Source: SAR86 cluster bacterium
GTDB taxonomy: Bacteria > Pseudomonadota > Gammaproteobacteria > Magnimaribacterales > TMED112
Direction: 5' to 3'
DNA length: 64,000 bases
Assembly (NCBI GenBank): GCA_023703535.1
Contig: CP097967.1
Coordinates: 92,543-156,542, forward strand
The notes beneath the pieces are model-generated. The model ran no database searches. It was not told the DNA's origin and saw nothing but the letters and a program-made list of their open reading frames with translations. Made by a program: the position numbers and the translations under genes. Of the stretch, positions 55,659 through 64,000 are shown piece by piece; positions within the stretch are counted from its first letter, which is position 1, and each line of letters opens with the position of its first letter.

Positions 55659-55661
55659 ATA

Positions 55662-55690
55662 TTGACCGATGATATTCACTGCTATATTAT
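55662..55690 (+). promoter_or_regulatory. Probable str operon promoter
   Basis: TTGACC-17 bp-TATTAT, 12 nt upstream of the rpsL ATG. Confidence 0.65.
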
Positions 55691-55702
55691 TCTCCTTTTG
55701 AT

Positions 55703-56077
55703 ATGGCTACGATAAATCAATTAGTAAGGAAACCACGAAAAACTAAGCGTGCTAAGAGTGATGTTCCTGCACTTAAAAATTGCCCACAAAGAAGAGGGGT
55801 TTGCACACGTGTTTATACAACAACCCCAAAGAAACCTAATTCTGCTTTAAGAAAAGTTTGCAGAGTTAAACTTACCTCGAAATTTGAAGTTACATCTTAC
55901 ATTGGAGGTGAAGGTCATAATCTTCAAGAACACTCAGTAGTTCTTATAAGGGGTGGAAGAGTAAAAGATTTACCAGGTGTTAGATATCACACCGTGCGAG
56001 GCGCTCTAGATACTTCAGGAGTTGCAGATAGAAAGCAAGGTAGATCTAAATATGGAGCTAAGAAAGCTAAAAAATGA
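55703..56077 (+). CDS. rpsL: 30S ribosomal protein uS12
   Basis: [23 protein letters not shown]. Confidence 0.99.
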   Translation: MATINQLVRKPRKTKRAKSDVPALKNCPQRRGVCTRVYTTTPKKPNSALRKVCRVKLTSKFEVTSYIGGEGHNLQEHSVVLIRGGRVKDLPGVRYHTVRGALDTSGVADRKQGRSKYGAKKAKK

Positions 56078-56544
56078 GAAGAAGAGCAGCTCCAAAAAGA
56101 AAAATAATTCCAGATTCAAAATACGAGAGTGAGCTTGTAGCTAAATTTATGAATCAACTTATGGTTGATGGGAAGAAGTCAATTGCTGAAAAAATTGTAT
56201 ACGGTGCATTTGATGAGTTAGAAAAGTCAGTACAAAAAGAAAGCCCAGTTGACGTATTTAAAAAAGTTTTAGACCAAGTAGCACCGGTTGTTGAAGTTAG
56301 ATCTAGAAGAATTGGAGGAGCTACATATCAAGTTCCTGTTGAAGTTAGAGCAAAAAGAAGAACTGCATTAGCGATGAGATGGTTGGTTGAAGCAGCTAGA
56401 AAAAGAAAAGAAAAATCAATGCCTGCAAGATTAGCTGCTGAGTTAAAAGAAGCAATGGATGGAAAAGGAGCAGCAGTAAAAAAGAAAGAGGATATGCATA
56501 AAATGGCTGAAGCAAATAAAGCTTTTTCACATTTCAGATTTTAA
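56074..56544 (+). CDS. rpsG: 30S ribosomal protein uS7
   Basis: [18 protein letters not shown]. Confidence 0.98.
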   Translation: MRRRAAPKRKIIPDSKYESELVAKFMNQLMVDGKKSIAEKIVYGAFDELEKSVQKESPVDVFKKVLDQVAPVVEVRSRRIGGATYQVPVEVRAKRRTALAMRWLVEAARKRKEKSMPARLAAELKEAMDGKGAAVKKKEDMHKMAEANKAFSHFRF

Positions 56545-56546
56545 AA

Positions 56547-58634
56547 ATGGCAAGAAAAACACCTTTAAACCGTTACAGAAATATAGGAATTTGTGCCCAT
56601 GTTGATGCTGGTAAGACAACTACAACTGAAAGAGTTCTTTTCTATACTGGGATTTCACACAAAATTGGGGAAGTGCATGACGGAGCTGCAGTTATGGACT
56701 GGATGGAACAAGAACAAGAACGAGGAATAACCATTACATCTGCTGCAACAACATGCTTTTGGAAAGGTATGGATCAACAGTTTGAAGAACACAGAGTAAA
56801 TATTATCGATACTCCTGGGCACGTAGATTTTACTATTGAGGTAGAGAGGTCATTAAGAGTTCTTGATGGAGCAGTTGTTGTTTTTTGTGGTTCCTCCGGT
56901 GTTCAACCACAATCTGAAACGGTTTGGAGACAGGCAAACAGATATGAGGTTCCACGAATTGTTTTTGTAAACAAAATGGATAGAGCTGGAGCTGACTTTG
57001 AAAGGGTTATAGGACAAATTAGAGAAAGATTAGGTGCGACTGTCGTTCCTATACAATATAACATTGGAGCTGAAGACGATTTTAAAGGTGTTATTGATCT
57101 TATAAAAATGAAAACAATCACTTGGAATGAAGCTGATAAAGGATCTACTTTCGAATATACAGATATACCTGAAGAGCTTAATTCAAAATGCCAGTCTCTA
57201 AGAGAGGAATTAGTTGAAGCGGCTGCAGAAGCAAATGAAGATTTAATGGAAAAATATTTAGAAACATCAGACCTATCAGAGGAAGAAATAAAAAAAGGCC
57301 TAAGAGAAAGAGTTTTATCAAACGAAATAACTTTAGCATTATGCGGTTCAGCATTCAAAAATAAGGGCGTTCAAGCAGTTTTAGATGCAGTTATAGAATT
57401 TTTACCAGCTCCAGATGAAGTTAAGGCTATCGAGGGAGTCAACCCTAAAACAGAGGAAAGCACCTCAAGAAGTTCAAGTGATGAAGAGCCTTTTTCAGCA
57501 CTTGCATTCAAAATAGCTACAGATCCTTTTGTAGGCAATCTTACTTTCGTAAGAGTTTATTCTGGCGTTCTGTCTCAAGGTGATGGCGTTATCAATACAG
57601 TTAAAGATGATAAAGAAAGAATTGGAAGAATGGTACAAATGCACTCTAACAACAGAGAGGAAATAAAAGAGGTTAGAGCAGGCGATATTGCTGCTTGTAT
57701 AGGACTTAAGAACGTAACTACTGGGGATACACTTTCAGATGAGAAAAACTTAGTTGTTCTAGAAAGGATGGAATTTCCTGAACCGGTTATATCTCTGGCA
57801 GTGGAGCCAAAATCAAAACCTGACCAAGAAAAGATGTCAATAGCACTTGGTAAGCTTGCACAAGAAGATCCCTCTTTTAGGGTGAGTTCAGATGAGGAAT
57901 CAGGTCAAACAATAATATCTGGAATGGGAGAATTGCATTTAGAGGTTCTGGTTGAAAGGATGAAAAGAGAATTCAGTGTGGAGGCAAATGTAGGGAAACC
58001 TCAAGTTGCATATAGAGAAGCAATTACACAAAACGTTGAAGTTGAAGCTAAATATGCAAAACAGTCAGGTGGTAGAGGCCAATATGGACATGTTCTAATG
58101 AGAATGGAACCTAGCGAAGAGGAATTTGAATTTATTGATGAAATCAAAGGGGGAGTCATACCAAAAGAGTATATTCCTGCAGTTTCTAAAGGTGTTAAAG
58201 AACAACTTCAAAATGGTGTTATAGCAGGATATCCACTACAAGGAGTAAAGGTGACACTATATGATGGCTCATATCATGATGTCGATTCAAGTGAAATGGC
58301 TTTTAAATTAGCTGGGTCAATGGCAGCTAAAGATGGTGCTATGAAGGCAAAACCTATACTACTAGAGCCAATGATGGATGTAGAAGTTGTAACTCCTGAA
58401 GATTATATGGGTGATGTAGTAGGAGATTTAAATAGACGAAGAGGACAGGTTCAAAATATGGAAGATATCCCTTCAGGAAAGGCTATTAAAGCACTTGTTC
58501 CCCTTGCAGAAATGTTCGGTTATGCAACAGATTTGAGATCTGCAACACAAGGAAGAGCAACATACACTATGGAGTTTCAAAAATATCTAGAAGTTCCTTC
58601 AAATTTAACCGAAGAAATAATCAATAAGAATTAG
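56547..58634 (+). CDS. fusA: Elongation factor G
   Basis: [29 protein letters not shown]. Confidence 0.99.
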   Translation: MARKTPLNRYRNIGICAHVDAGKTTTTERVLFYTGISHKIGEVHDGAAVMDWMEQEQERGITITSAATTCFWKGMDQQFEEHRVNIIDTPGHVDFTIEVERSLRVLDGAVVVFCGSSGVQPQSETVWRQANRYEVPRIVFVNKMDRAGADFERVIGQIRERLGATVVPIQYNIGAEDDFKGVIDLIKMKTITWNEADKGSTFEYTDIPEELNSKCQSLREELVEAAAEANEDLMEKYLETSDLSEEEIKKGLRERVLSNEITLALCGSAFKNKGVQAVLDAVIEFLPAPDEVKAIEGVNPKTEESTSRSSSDEEPFSALAFKIATDPFVGNLTFVRVYSGVLSQGDGVINTVKDDKERIGRMVQMHSNNREEIKEVRAGDIAACIGLKNVTTGDTLSDEKNLVVLERMEFPEPVISLAVEPKSKPDQEKMSIALGKLAQEDPSFRVSSDEESGQTIISGMGELHLEVLVERMKREFSVEANVGKPQVAYREAITQNVEVEAKYAKQSGGRGQYGHVLMRMEPSEEEFEFIDEIKGGVIPKEYIPAVSKGVKEQLQNGVIAGYPLQGVKVTLYDGSYHDVDSSEMAFKLAGSMAAKDGAMKAKPILLEPMMDVEVVTPEDYMGDVVGDLNRRRGQVQNMEDIPSGKAIKALVPLAEMFGYATDLRSATQGRATYTMEFQKYLEVPSNLTEEIINKN

Positions 58635-58643
58635 TCAAATCCT

Positions 58644-58672
58644 TTGACAGCACATATCTAAAGCCCTAAAAT
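58644..58672 (+). promoter_or_regulatory. Probable S10 operon promoter
   Basis: TTGACA-17 bp-TAAAAT in the fusA-rpsJ gap. Confidence 0.8.
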
Positions 58673-58699
58673 TGTGGTCTTTCGGTATGAATTGATAGT

Positions 58700-59011
58700 A
58701 TGGAACAGCAAAAAATTAGAATTAAATTAAAGGCTTTTGACCACAAATTAGTTGATAAATCTACTAAGGAAATAGTCGAGACCGTGACAAAGACTGGGGC
58801 CAAAGTTATTGGACCTATTCCACTGCCTGTAAAAAAAGAAAGACTGACAATTCTAATTTCTCCACATAAAGATAAAGATGCAAGAGATCAATATGAGACT
58901 AGGACTCATAAACGTCTTTTCGATATCATTAACCCAACAGAACAAACTGTTGACGCACTTATGCGATTAGATATTGCAGCAGGTGTTGATGTAAAAATTA
59001 CCCTTAATTAA
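58700..59011 (+). CDS. rpsJ: 30S ribosomal protein uS10
   Basis: [22 protein letters not shown]. Confidence 0.98.
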   Translation: MEQQKIRIKLKAFDHKLVDKSTKEIVETVTKTGAKVIGPIPLPVKKERLTILISPHKDKDARDQYETRTHKRLFDIINPTEQTVDALMRLDIAAGVDVKITLN

Positions 59012-59012
59012 A

Positions 59013-59696
59013 ATGCTTGGTCTGGTTGGTTTAAAAAAGGGTATGTCGCGCGTCTTTAAAGATGATGGTAACTCTATTCCTGTAACAGTAATTAAAATCG
59101 AAGATAGTAAAATAGTCCAAAGAAAATCCCAAGAAAAAGATGGTTACTTTGCTGTGCAAGTAAATTATGGGTCTAAGAAAAAAGTATCAAAAAGTTTAGA
59201 AAAAAAATTCACAACAAAGAATAAGGGATACTTAACCGAATTCAGTGTTTCAGAAACTGAATTTAATGAATTAAAAGAAGCCAAAAAACTCTCTTTAAAA
59301 GGGTTTACAGTAAATTCTAAGGTTGATGTGTCAGGAATATCAAAAGGAAAAGGTTTTTCTGGAGTAGTTAAAAGGCATAATTTTAAGACACAAGATGCTA
59401 CACATGGAAATTCATTATCACACAGAGCACCAGGTTCGATTGGTCAATGTCAATTTCCTGGAAGAGTTTTTAAAGGAAAGAAAATGGCAGGACAATATGG
59501 AAATACTAAAGTTACTATTCAAAATTTAGAAATCGAAAAAATAGATTATGACGAAAATCTTATTTTGGTAAAAGGGTCAGTACCTGGACCAATAGGAACT
59601 TTTTTAAAGATTACACCATCTATAAAAGAAAAACCAGAGGCAAAAGCTAAACCAGAAGAAAAATCAGAAGAAGTAGAGGATAAAAAAGATGCCTAA
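59013..59696 (+). CDS. rplC: 50S ribosomal protein uL3
   Basis: SKGKGF, HRAPGSIG, GKKMAG; charged C-terminal tail. Confidence 0.97.
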   Translation: MLGLVGLKKGMSRVFKDDGNSIPVTVIKIEDSKIVQRKSQEKDGYFAVQVNYGSKKKVSKSLEKKFTTKNKGYLTEFSVSETEFNELKEAKKLSLKGFTVNSKVDVSGISKGKGFSGVVKRHNFKTQDATHGNSLSHRAPGSIGQCQFPGRVFKGKKMAGQYGNTKVTIQNLEIEKIDYDENLILVKGSVPGPIGTFLKITPSIKEKPEAKAKPEEKSEEVEDKKDA

Positions 59697-60306
59697 GTCT
59701 GAAACTAGTAAAAGCACTAAAACTGCATCACCAAAATTACCTTCTGAAATTTTCTCAGTAGACTTTAATGAATCTTTAGTACATCAGGTTCTTACAAGCT
59801 ATATGAGCTCTGAAAGACAAGGATCAGTGTTATTAAAAAATCGTTCAGATGTAAGAGGCGGAGGAAAAAAACCTTTTAGACAAAAAGGGACTGGTCGAGC
59901 AAGAGCTGGAACTATAAGAAGTCCTATTTGGGTAGGAGGTGGAGTTACTTTTGCAAATGTAAAGAACTATAAAAAGAAAACAAACAAAAAAATGGCAAAA
60001 AAAGCTATTGCATCAATTCTTTCAAAATTCAAGACTGAAAAAAGATTAGATCTCGTAAAGGATATTAAATTTAAGGAGGGTAAAACTAAAGAAGCTAAAT
60101 TATTCTTCGAAAAAATGAAATTAGATTCAGCACTTTTAATTTCCGATGAATTTGATCAGAAATCTATTCTAGCTATGAGAAATCTGAAGAATTTCTCTTT
60201 TTTAGAGGTATCAGATTTAAATCCCTACGATCTTATTAAAGCCAAATATATTTTAATAACACATTCATCTGTACCAAAAATAAAGGAGCTTTTAAATGTT
60301 AAGTGA
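59689..60306 (+). CDS. rplD: 50S ribosomal protein uL4
   Basis: KPFRQKGTGRARAG, GGGVTF. Confidence 0.97.
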   Translation: MPKSETSKSTKTASPKLPSEIFSVDFNESLVHQVLTSYMSSERQGSVLLKNRSDVRGGGKKPFRQKGTGRARAGTIRSPIWVGGGVTFANVKNYKKKTNKKMAKKAIASILSKFKTEKRLDLVKDIKFKEGKTKEAKLFFEKMKLDSALLISDEFDQKSILAMRNLKNFSFLEVSDLNPYDLIKAKYILITHSSVPKIKELLNVK

Positions 60307-60595
60307 AAAAACATATAAACAAATTCTTTCTCCTTTAATAAGTGAAAAATCTGCTATTCAAAAAAGTGTTTCAAATACTTATGTTTTTAAAGTTAATAAA
60401 GATGCTACAAAGACGGAGATTAAAAAAGCGACTGAAGAAATTTTTGGTGTCGTTGTGAAATCAATAAGAGTTTTGAATACTAAATTTAAAAATAAAAGAA
60501 CAAGATTTGGCAAATACAAAACTAAAACCTTTAAAAAAGCTTATATAAAACTGGAGGAAGGGAAAGAAATTAATCTAGAAAACCCTTTTAAATAA
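60296..60595 (+). CDS. rplW: 50S ribosomal protein uL23
   Basis: [19 protein letters not shown]. Confidence 0.96.
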   Translation: MLSEKTYKQILSPLISEKSAIQKSVSNTYVFKVNKDATKTEIKKATEEIFGVVVKSIRVLNTKFKNKRTRFGKYKTKTFKKAYIKLEEGKEINLENPFK

Positions 60596-61416
60596 TGGCA
60601 ATTATTAAGGCAAAACCAACATCACCAGGTAGAAGGTTCAGAGTAAATATTAAACAAGATCTTTACAAAGGAAGACCAGAAAAGACTCTCGTAGAGTCAA
60701 AAAAAAGAACTTCTGGAAGAAATAATAATGGAAATATTACAGTGCGCCATAGGGGTGGAGGCCATAAAAGACTGTATAGAATAATTGATTTTAAAAGAAA
60801 CAAATTTGATATTGAAGGTGTTGTAAAAACAATCGAATATGATCCTAATAGATCAGCAAATATTGCATTAATTGAGTATAAAGATGGAGATAAGTCTTAC
60901 ATAATTGCTCCTAAAAAATTAAAGGTTAAAGCAAAAATTTTATCTGGAGAAAATGCTCCAATAAAAGATGGGAATTCGCTGCCATTAGCTAAGATTCCAC
61001 AAGGAACTGAAGTTCATTGTATTGAAATGCGTCCAGGAAAAGGCGCTCAAATAGCTAGAGCTGCCGGCACAACTGCTAGATTGGTTGCAAAGGAAGGTAA
61101 GTATGCAACATTGAGACTAAGTTCTGGTGAAATGAGAAAAATACTCCTGAGTTGTCGAGCTACTGTAGGCGTAATATCGAATGAACAACATAATTTACAA
61201 TCGATTGGTAAAGCAGGTGCAATGAGATGGAGAGGAATTAGACCAACAGTCAGAGGTGTTGCAATGAACCCAGTTGATCATCCACATGGTGGAGGTGAAG
61301 GAAAGACTTCTGGCGGAAGAAATCCAGTATCTCCTTGGGGCACACCTACCAAAGGATATAGAACAAGAAAACCAAAAGCGAGCGATAAACTCATAGTGAA
61401 AAGGAGATATAAATAA
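60595..61416 (+). CDS. rplB: 50S ribosomal protein uL2
   Basis: [21 protein letters not shown]. Confidence 0.99.
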   Translation: MAIIKAKPTSPGRRFRVNIKQDLYKGRPEKTLVESKKRTSGRNNNGNITVRHRGGGHKRLYRIIDFKRNKFDIEGVVKTIEYDPNRSANIALIEYKDGDKSYIIAPKKLKVKAKILSGENAPIKDGNSLPLAKIPQGTEVHCIEMRPGKGAQIARAAGTTARLVAKEGKYATLRLSSGEMRKILLSCRATVGVISNEQHNLQSIGKAGAMRWRGIRPTVRGVAMNPVDHPHGGGEGKTSGGRNPVSPWGTPTKGYRTRKPKASDKLIVKRRYK

Positions 61417-61691
61417 TGGCTAGGTCAAGTAAAAAAGGACCATTTGTTGATCATTCTCTTGAGAAAAAAGTTCTAAAAGCGATTGAGACAAAAGATAAAA
61501 AACCAATAAAAACTTGGTCAAGATCATCCATGATAACTCCTGACATGGTTGGATTGACTATTGCTGTTCACAATGGAAGGCAGCATATTCCTGTATTTGT
61601 TAGAGAGGATATGGTTGGCCAAAAATTAGGAGAGTTTTCCATGACAAGAACATTTAAATTACATTCAGGAGATAGAAAAGTAAAAACATAA
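61416..61691 (+). CDS. rpsS: 30S ribosomal protein uS19
   Basis: [16 protein letters not shown]. Confidence 0.98.
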   Translation: MARSSKKGPFVDHSLEKKVLKAIETKDKKPIKTWSRSSMITPDMVGLTIAVHNGRQHIPVFVREDMVGQKLGEFSMTRTFKLHSGDRKVKT

Positions 61692-62050
61692 TGGAAGTAA
61701 GAGCATATCTAAGAGGAGCAAGACTCTCACCACAAAAAGCTGGGTTGGTTGCAGACCAAATCAGAGGATTGGGCGTGGAAAAAGCCTTAGATATATTAAA
61801 TTTTTCAAAGAAAAAAGGAGCAGATTTAATTAAAAAGCTACTTAACTCAGCAATTTCAAATGCAGAAAATAATGAAGAAGCAAACATAGATGAATTAGCA
61901 ATTAAATCCATAATAGTTAACAAAGGATTCGTTATGAAGAGAATAAAAATTAGAGCAAGAGGTAGAGCAGATAGAATCAGAAAACCTTTTTGCAACATTG
62001 AAATAATGCTTACAGACAACAAGGAGGCTAAAGATGGGTCAGAAAGTTAA
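61691..62050 (+). CDS. rplV: 50S ribosomal protein uL22
   Basis: [20 protein letters not shown]. Confidence 0.97.
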   Translation: MEVRAYLRGARLSPQKAGLVADQIRGLGVEKALDILNFSKKKGADLIKKLLNSAISNAENNEEANIDELAIKSIIVNKGFVMKRIKIRARGRADRIRKPFCNIEIMLTDNKEAKDGSES

Positions 62051-62669
62051 TCCAGTAGGCTTCAGATTAGGAACATCTAGAGATCACGATTCTATTTGGT
62101 TTGCAAAATCAAAAGATTATTCAAAGCTTGTTTTACAAGATTTGAAAATTAGAAAAAGAGTAAAAGAAATTCTTCCTCAAGCACCGATTAGCTCTGTAGT
62201 AATTAAAAGGACAATGGAAGAGGTAATTATAGATATCAAGACTTCAAGACCAGGAATAGTAATAGGAAAGAAAGGTGAAGAGATTGAGAAAATCAAATCT
62301 GAGTTAAAGAAAGTAGTTAAACAAGATGTGAAATTAAATGTTGTTGAAGTTAAGCAGCCTGATTTAGATGCTCAATTAGTGGCAGATTCAGTAACACAAC
62401 AACTAGAAAAGAGAATTATGTTTAGAAAAGCAATGAAAAGAGCTGTGCAAAATACTATGCGTCAGGGCGCTAAGGGCATAAGGATAGAGGTTTCTGGAAG
62501 GCTAAATGGAGCTGAAATAGCAAGATCTGAGTGGTATAGAGAAGGTAGAGTCCCTCTTCATACGCTAAAAGCAGATATTGATTATGCAACAAGTGAAGCG
62601 TTAACAACTTATGGGATTTTAGGCGTTAAGGTTTGGATTTACAGGGGAGATGCAAATGCTTCAGCCTAA
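62034..62669 (+). CDS. rpsC: 30S ribosomal protein uS3
   Basis: [27 protein letters not shown]. Confidence 0.98.
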   Translation: MGQKVNPVGFRLGTSRDHDSIWFAKSKDYSKLVLQDLKIRKRVKEILPQAPISSVVIKRTMEEVIIDIKTSRPGIVIGKKGEEIEKIKSELKKVVKQDVKLNVVEVKQPDLDAQLVADSVTQQLEKRIMFRKAMKRAVQNTMRQGAKGIRIEVSGRLNGAEIARSEWYREGRVPLHTLKADIDYATSEALTTYGILGVKVWIYRGDANASA

Positions 62670-63072
62670 AAAAACAAAATATAGAAAACAAATGAAGGGC
62701 AGAAATACTGGTTTTGCTTCAGCTGGGAATCAAGTTTCTTTTGGCGATTTTGGACTGAAGGCTGTGGGCCATGCAATGGTTACTTCTCGTCAGATAGAGG
62801 CTGCTAGGAGAGCGCTGGTTAGATATATAAAAAGAGGTGGAAAAGTATGGATAAGAGTATTCCCTGATAAGCCAATTACCAAAAAACCCTTAGAAACCAG
62901 ACAAGGTAAAGGAAAAGGGAATGTTGAGTATTGGGCTAGTCCTGTAAGGCCTGGAAAAATTTTATATGAAGTAGCTGGTGTATCTGAGAAAGATGCACAA
63001 AAAGCTTTTGAACTTGCAAGTGCAAAACTTCCTATGGCTACAACTTTTACAAAGAGAGGAGCAAATGGCTAA
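62656..63072 (+). CDS. rplP: 50S ribosomal protein uL16
   Basis: [22 protein letters not shown]. Confidence 0.98.
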   Translation: MLQPKKTKYRKQMKGRNTGFASAGNQVSFGDFGLKAVGHAMVTSRQIEAARRALVRYIKRGGKVWIRVFPDKPITKKPLETRQGKGKGNVEYWASPVRPGKILYEVAGVSEKDAQKAFELASAKLPMATTFTKRGANG

Positions 63073-63265
63073 GAAGAAAGTTAAAGACTATGAGTCGATG
63101 AAATTAGAGGCTCTGCAGAAAGAATTAATTTCAGAGAGGAAAGAGTTGTTTGAGAGCAATTTCAAGCATAAAATGGGCCAGCTTAAAGAAAGTCATCTTC
63201 TGAAAGAGAAGAAAAAAAATATAGCAAGAATTAAAACAGAAATGAGGAATAAAAATGCCAGTTAG
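63065..63265 (+). CDS. rpmC: 50S ribosomal protein uL29
   Basis: KKNIARIKT; between rplP and rpsQ; likely start ATG 63065. Confidence 0.92.
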   Translation: MAKKKVKDYESMKLEALQKELISERKELFESNFKHKMGQLKESHLLKEKKKNIARIKTEMRNKNAS

Positions 63266-63563
63266 AACTCTGCAAGGAAAAGTGGTTAGCCATAAAATGT
63301 CAAAAACTAGAACAATTTTAGTCAATAGAAGGCAAAAACATCCAAAGTATGGCAAATACATAAATCTTTCAACTAAATATCATGCACATGATGAAAAAGA
63401 TGTTTCAAAAGAAGGCGATGAGGTTCTAATTCAGGAGTGTCGTCCAATTTCTAAGACAAAAAGTTGGAAAATTTTAGAAGTTTTAGGTGGAAAAAAAGCA
63501 GTGAAAAAGAAAGCCGAAAAAAAGGTTAAAGAAGAAATAAAAGCTGAGGAACAAAAAGAATGA
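63255..63563 (+). CDS. rpsQ: 30S ribosomal protein uS17
   Basis: [20 protein letters not shown]; charged C-terminal tail. Confidence 0.97.
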   Translation: MPVRTLQGKVVSHKMSKTRTILVNRRQKHPKYGKYINLSTKYHAHDEKDVSKEGDEVLIQECRPISKTKSWKILEVLGGKKAVKKKAEKKVKEEIKAEEQKE

Positions 63564-63928
63564 TTCAAACACAAAGCATGTTAAATGTTGCAGACAATAG
63601 TGGTGCACGTGAAGTTATGTGCATTAAAGTTTTGGGTGGATCAAAAAGAAGAACTGCAAATATAGGCGATGTAATCAAGGTAGCAGTGAAAGATGCGCTG
63701 CCACAAAGCAAGATTAAGAAAGGTTCTGTCATGAACGCATTAATTGTGAGGTCAAGATCAGGTGTAAGAAGAAATGACGGATCCAAAATTGGTTTTGATG
63801 AGAACGCAGTAGTTCTTTTAAATAATAATAAGGAACCTATTGCTACAAGAATCTTTGGCCCTGTTACACGTGAGTTGAGATCAGCTAAATTCATGAAAAT
63901 TGTATCACTCGCTCCGGAGGTCCTTTAA
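63560..63928 (+). CDS. rplN: 50S ribosomal protein uL14
   Basis: [18 protein letters not shown]. Confidence 0.99.
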   Translation: MIQTQSMLNVADNSGAREVMCIKVLGGSKRRTANIGDVIKVAVKDALPQSKIKKGSVMNALIVRSRSGVRRNDGSKIGFDENAVVLLNNNKEPIATRIFGPVTRELRSAKFMKIVSLAPEVL

Positions 63929-64000
63929 TGAAACAAAAAAGTACAAAACTAAGAGAGGGCGATGAAGTGATTGTTATCTCAGGTAAAGATAAAGGAAAGA
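63928..64000 (+). CDS. rplX: 50S ribosomal protein uL24 (partial)
   Basis: [24 protein letters not shown]; cut by window end. Confidence 0.93.
   Translation, partial: MKQKSTKLREGDEVIVISGKDKGK

Noticed and set aside
47486-58634. Inteins, insertions or resistance alleles in rpoB, rpoC, rpsL, fusA
   Set aside because: Lengths are ordinary; the rifampicin cluster ([16 protein letters not shown]) and the S12 PKKPN/KDLP motifs look wild type
44192-63894. Antisense ORFs over tRNA-Trp/secE, nusG, rplA/J/L, rpoB/C (including the 216-aa 53333..53983), fusA, rplV, rplN
   Set aside because: Stop-poor mirror frames of highly expressed genes; Ser/Thr/Ile-rich with no domain signal

Overview
AT-rich (GC roughly one third, by eye) and very compact chromosomal segment of a gammaproteobacterium. 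The 16S sequence, gene order and short intergenic gaps are most consistent with a streamlined marine lineage such as SAR86; this is inference and needs a 16S classification. About 85% of the window is core genome: PPi-type pfk (partial), mpl, rsfS-rlmH-mrdA-rodA-mltB-dacA, leuS-lptE-holA, aroQ-accB-accC, hemB-trxA-rho, hemC/hemD, bamD/rluD/pgeF, one 16S-23S-5S operon with no spacer tRNA, coaE-yacG, lpxC-secA, rnr-rlmB, four tRNAs, tuf-secE-nusG-rplKAJL-rpoBC, the str operon without tuf, and the S10/spc operons to the start of rplX. There are two accessory patches: 25.9-28.4 kb (Met/His-rich exported hypothetical, ALDH with an unexplained 83-aa C-terminal extension, small ORF) and 35.2-42.1 kb (thioredoxin-like, VOC, DUF1289, exported M20 and S10 peptidases, GATase, two tandem exported PDZ proteins, and a duplicated 93-bp terminator next to tRNA-Thr). 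I found no CRISPR array, integrase, transposase, prophage or defence system. The best candidate for an undescribed system is the exported carboxypeptidase plus tandem PDZ-inside-NTF2/SnoaL-like proteins with a predicted N-terminal DHH metal motif. The translation apparatus is also unusual: shortened 23S/5S/16S helices, uL11 with a 47-aa acidic tail, and a compensatory double mismatch at the EUB338/341F site. leuS is frameshifted in a homopolymer, probably a sequencing error.
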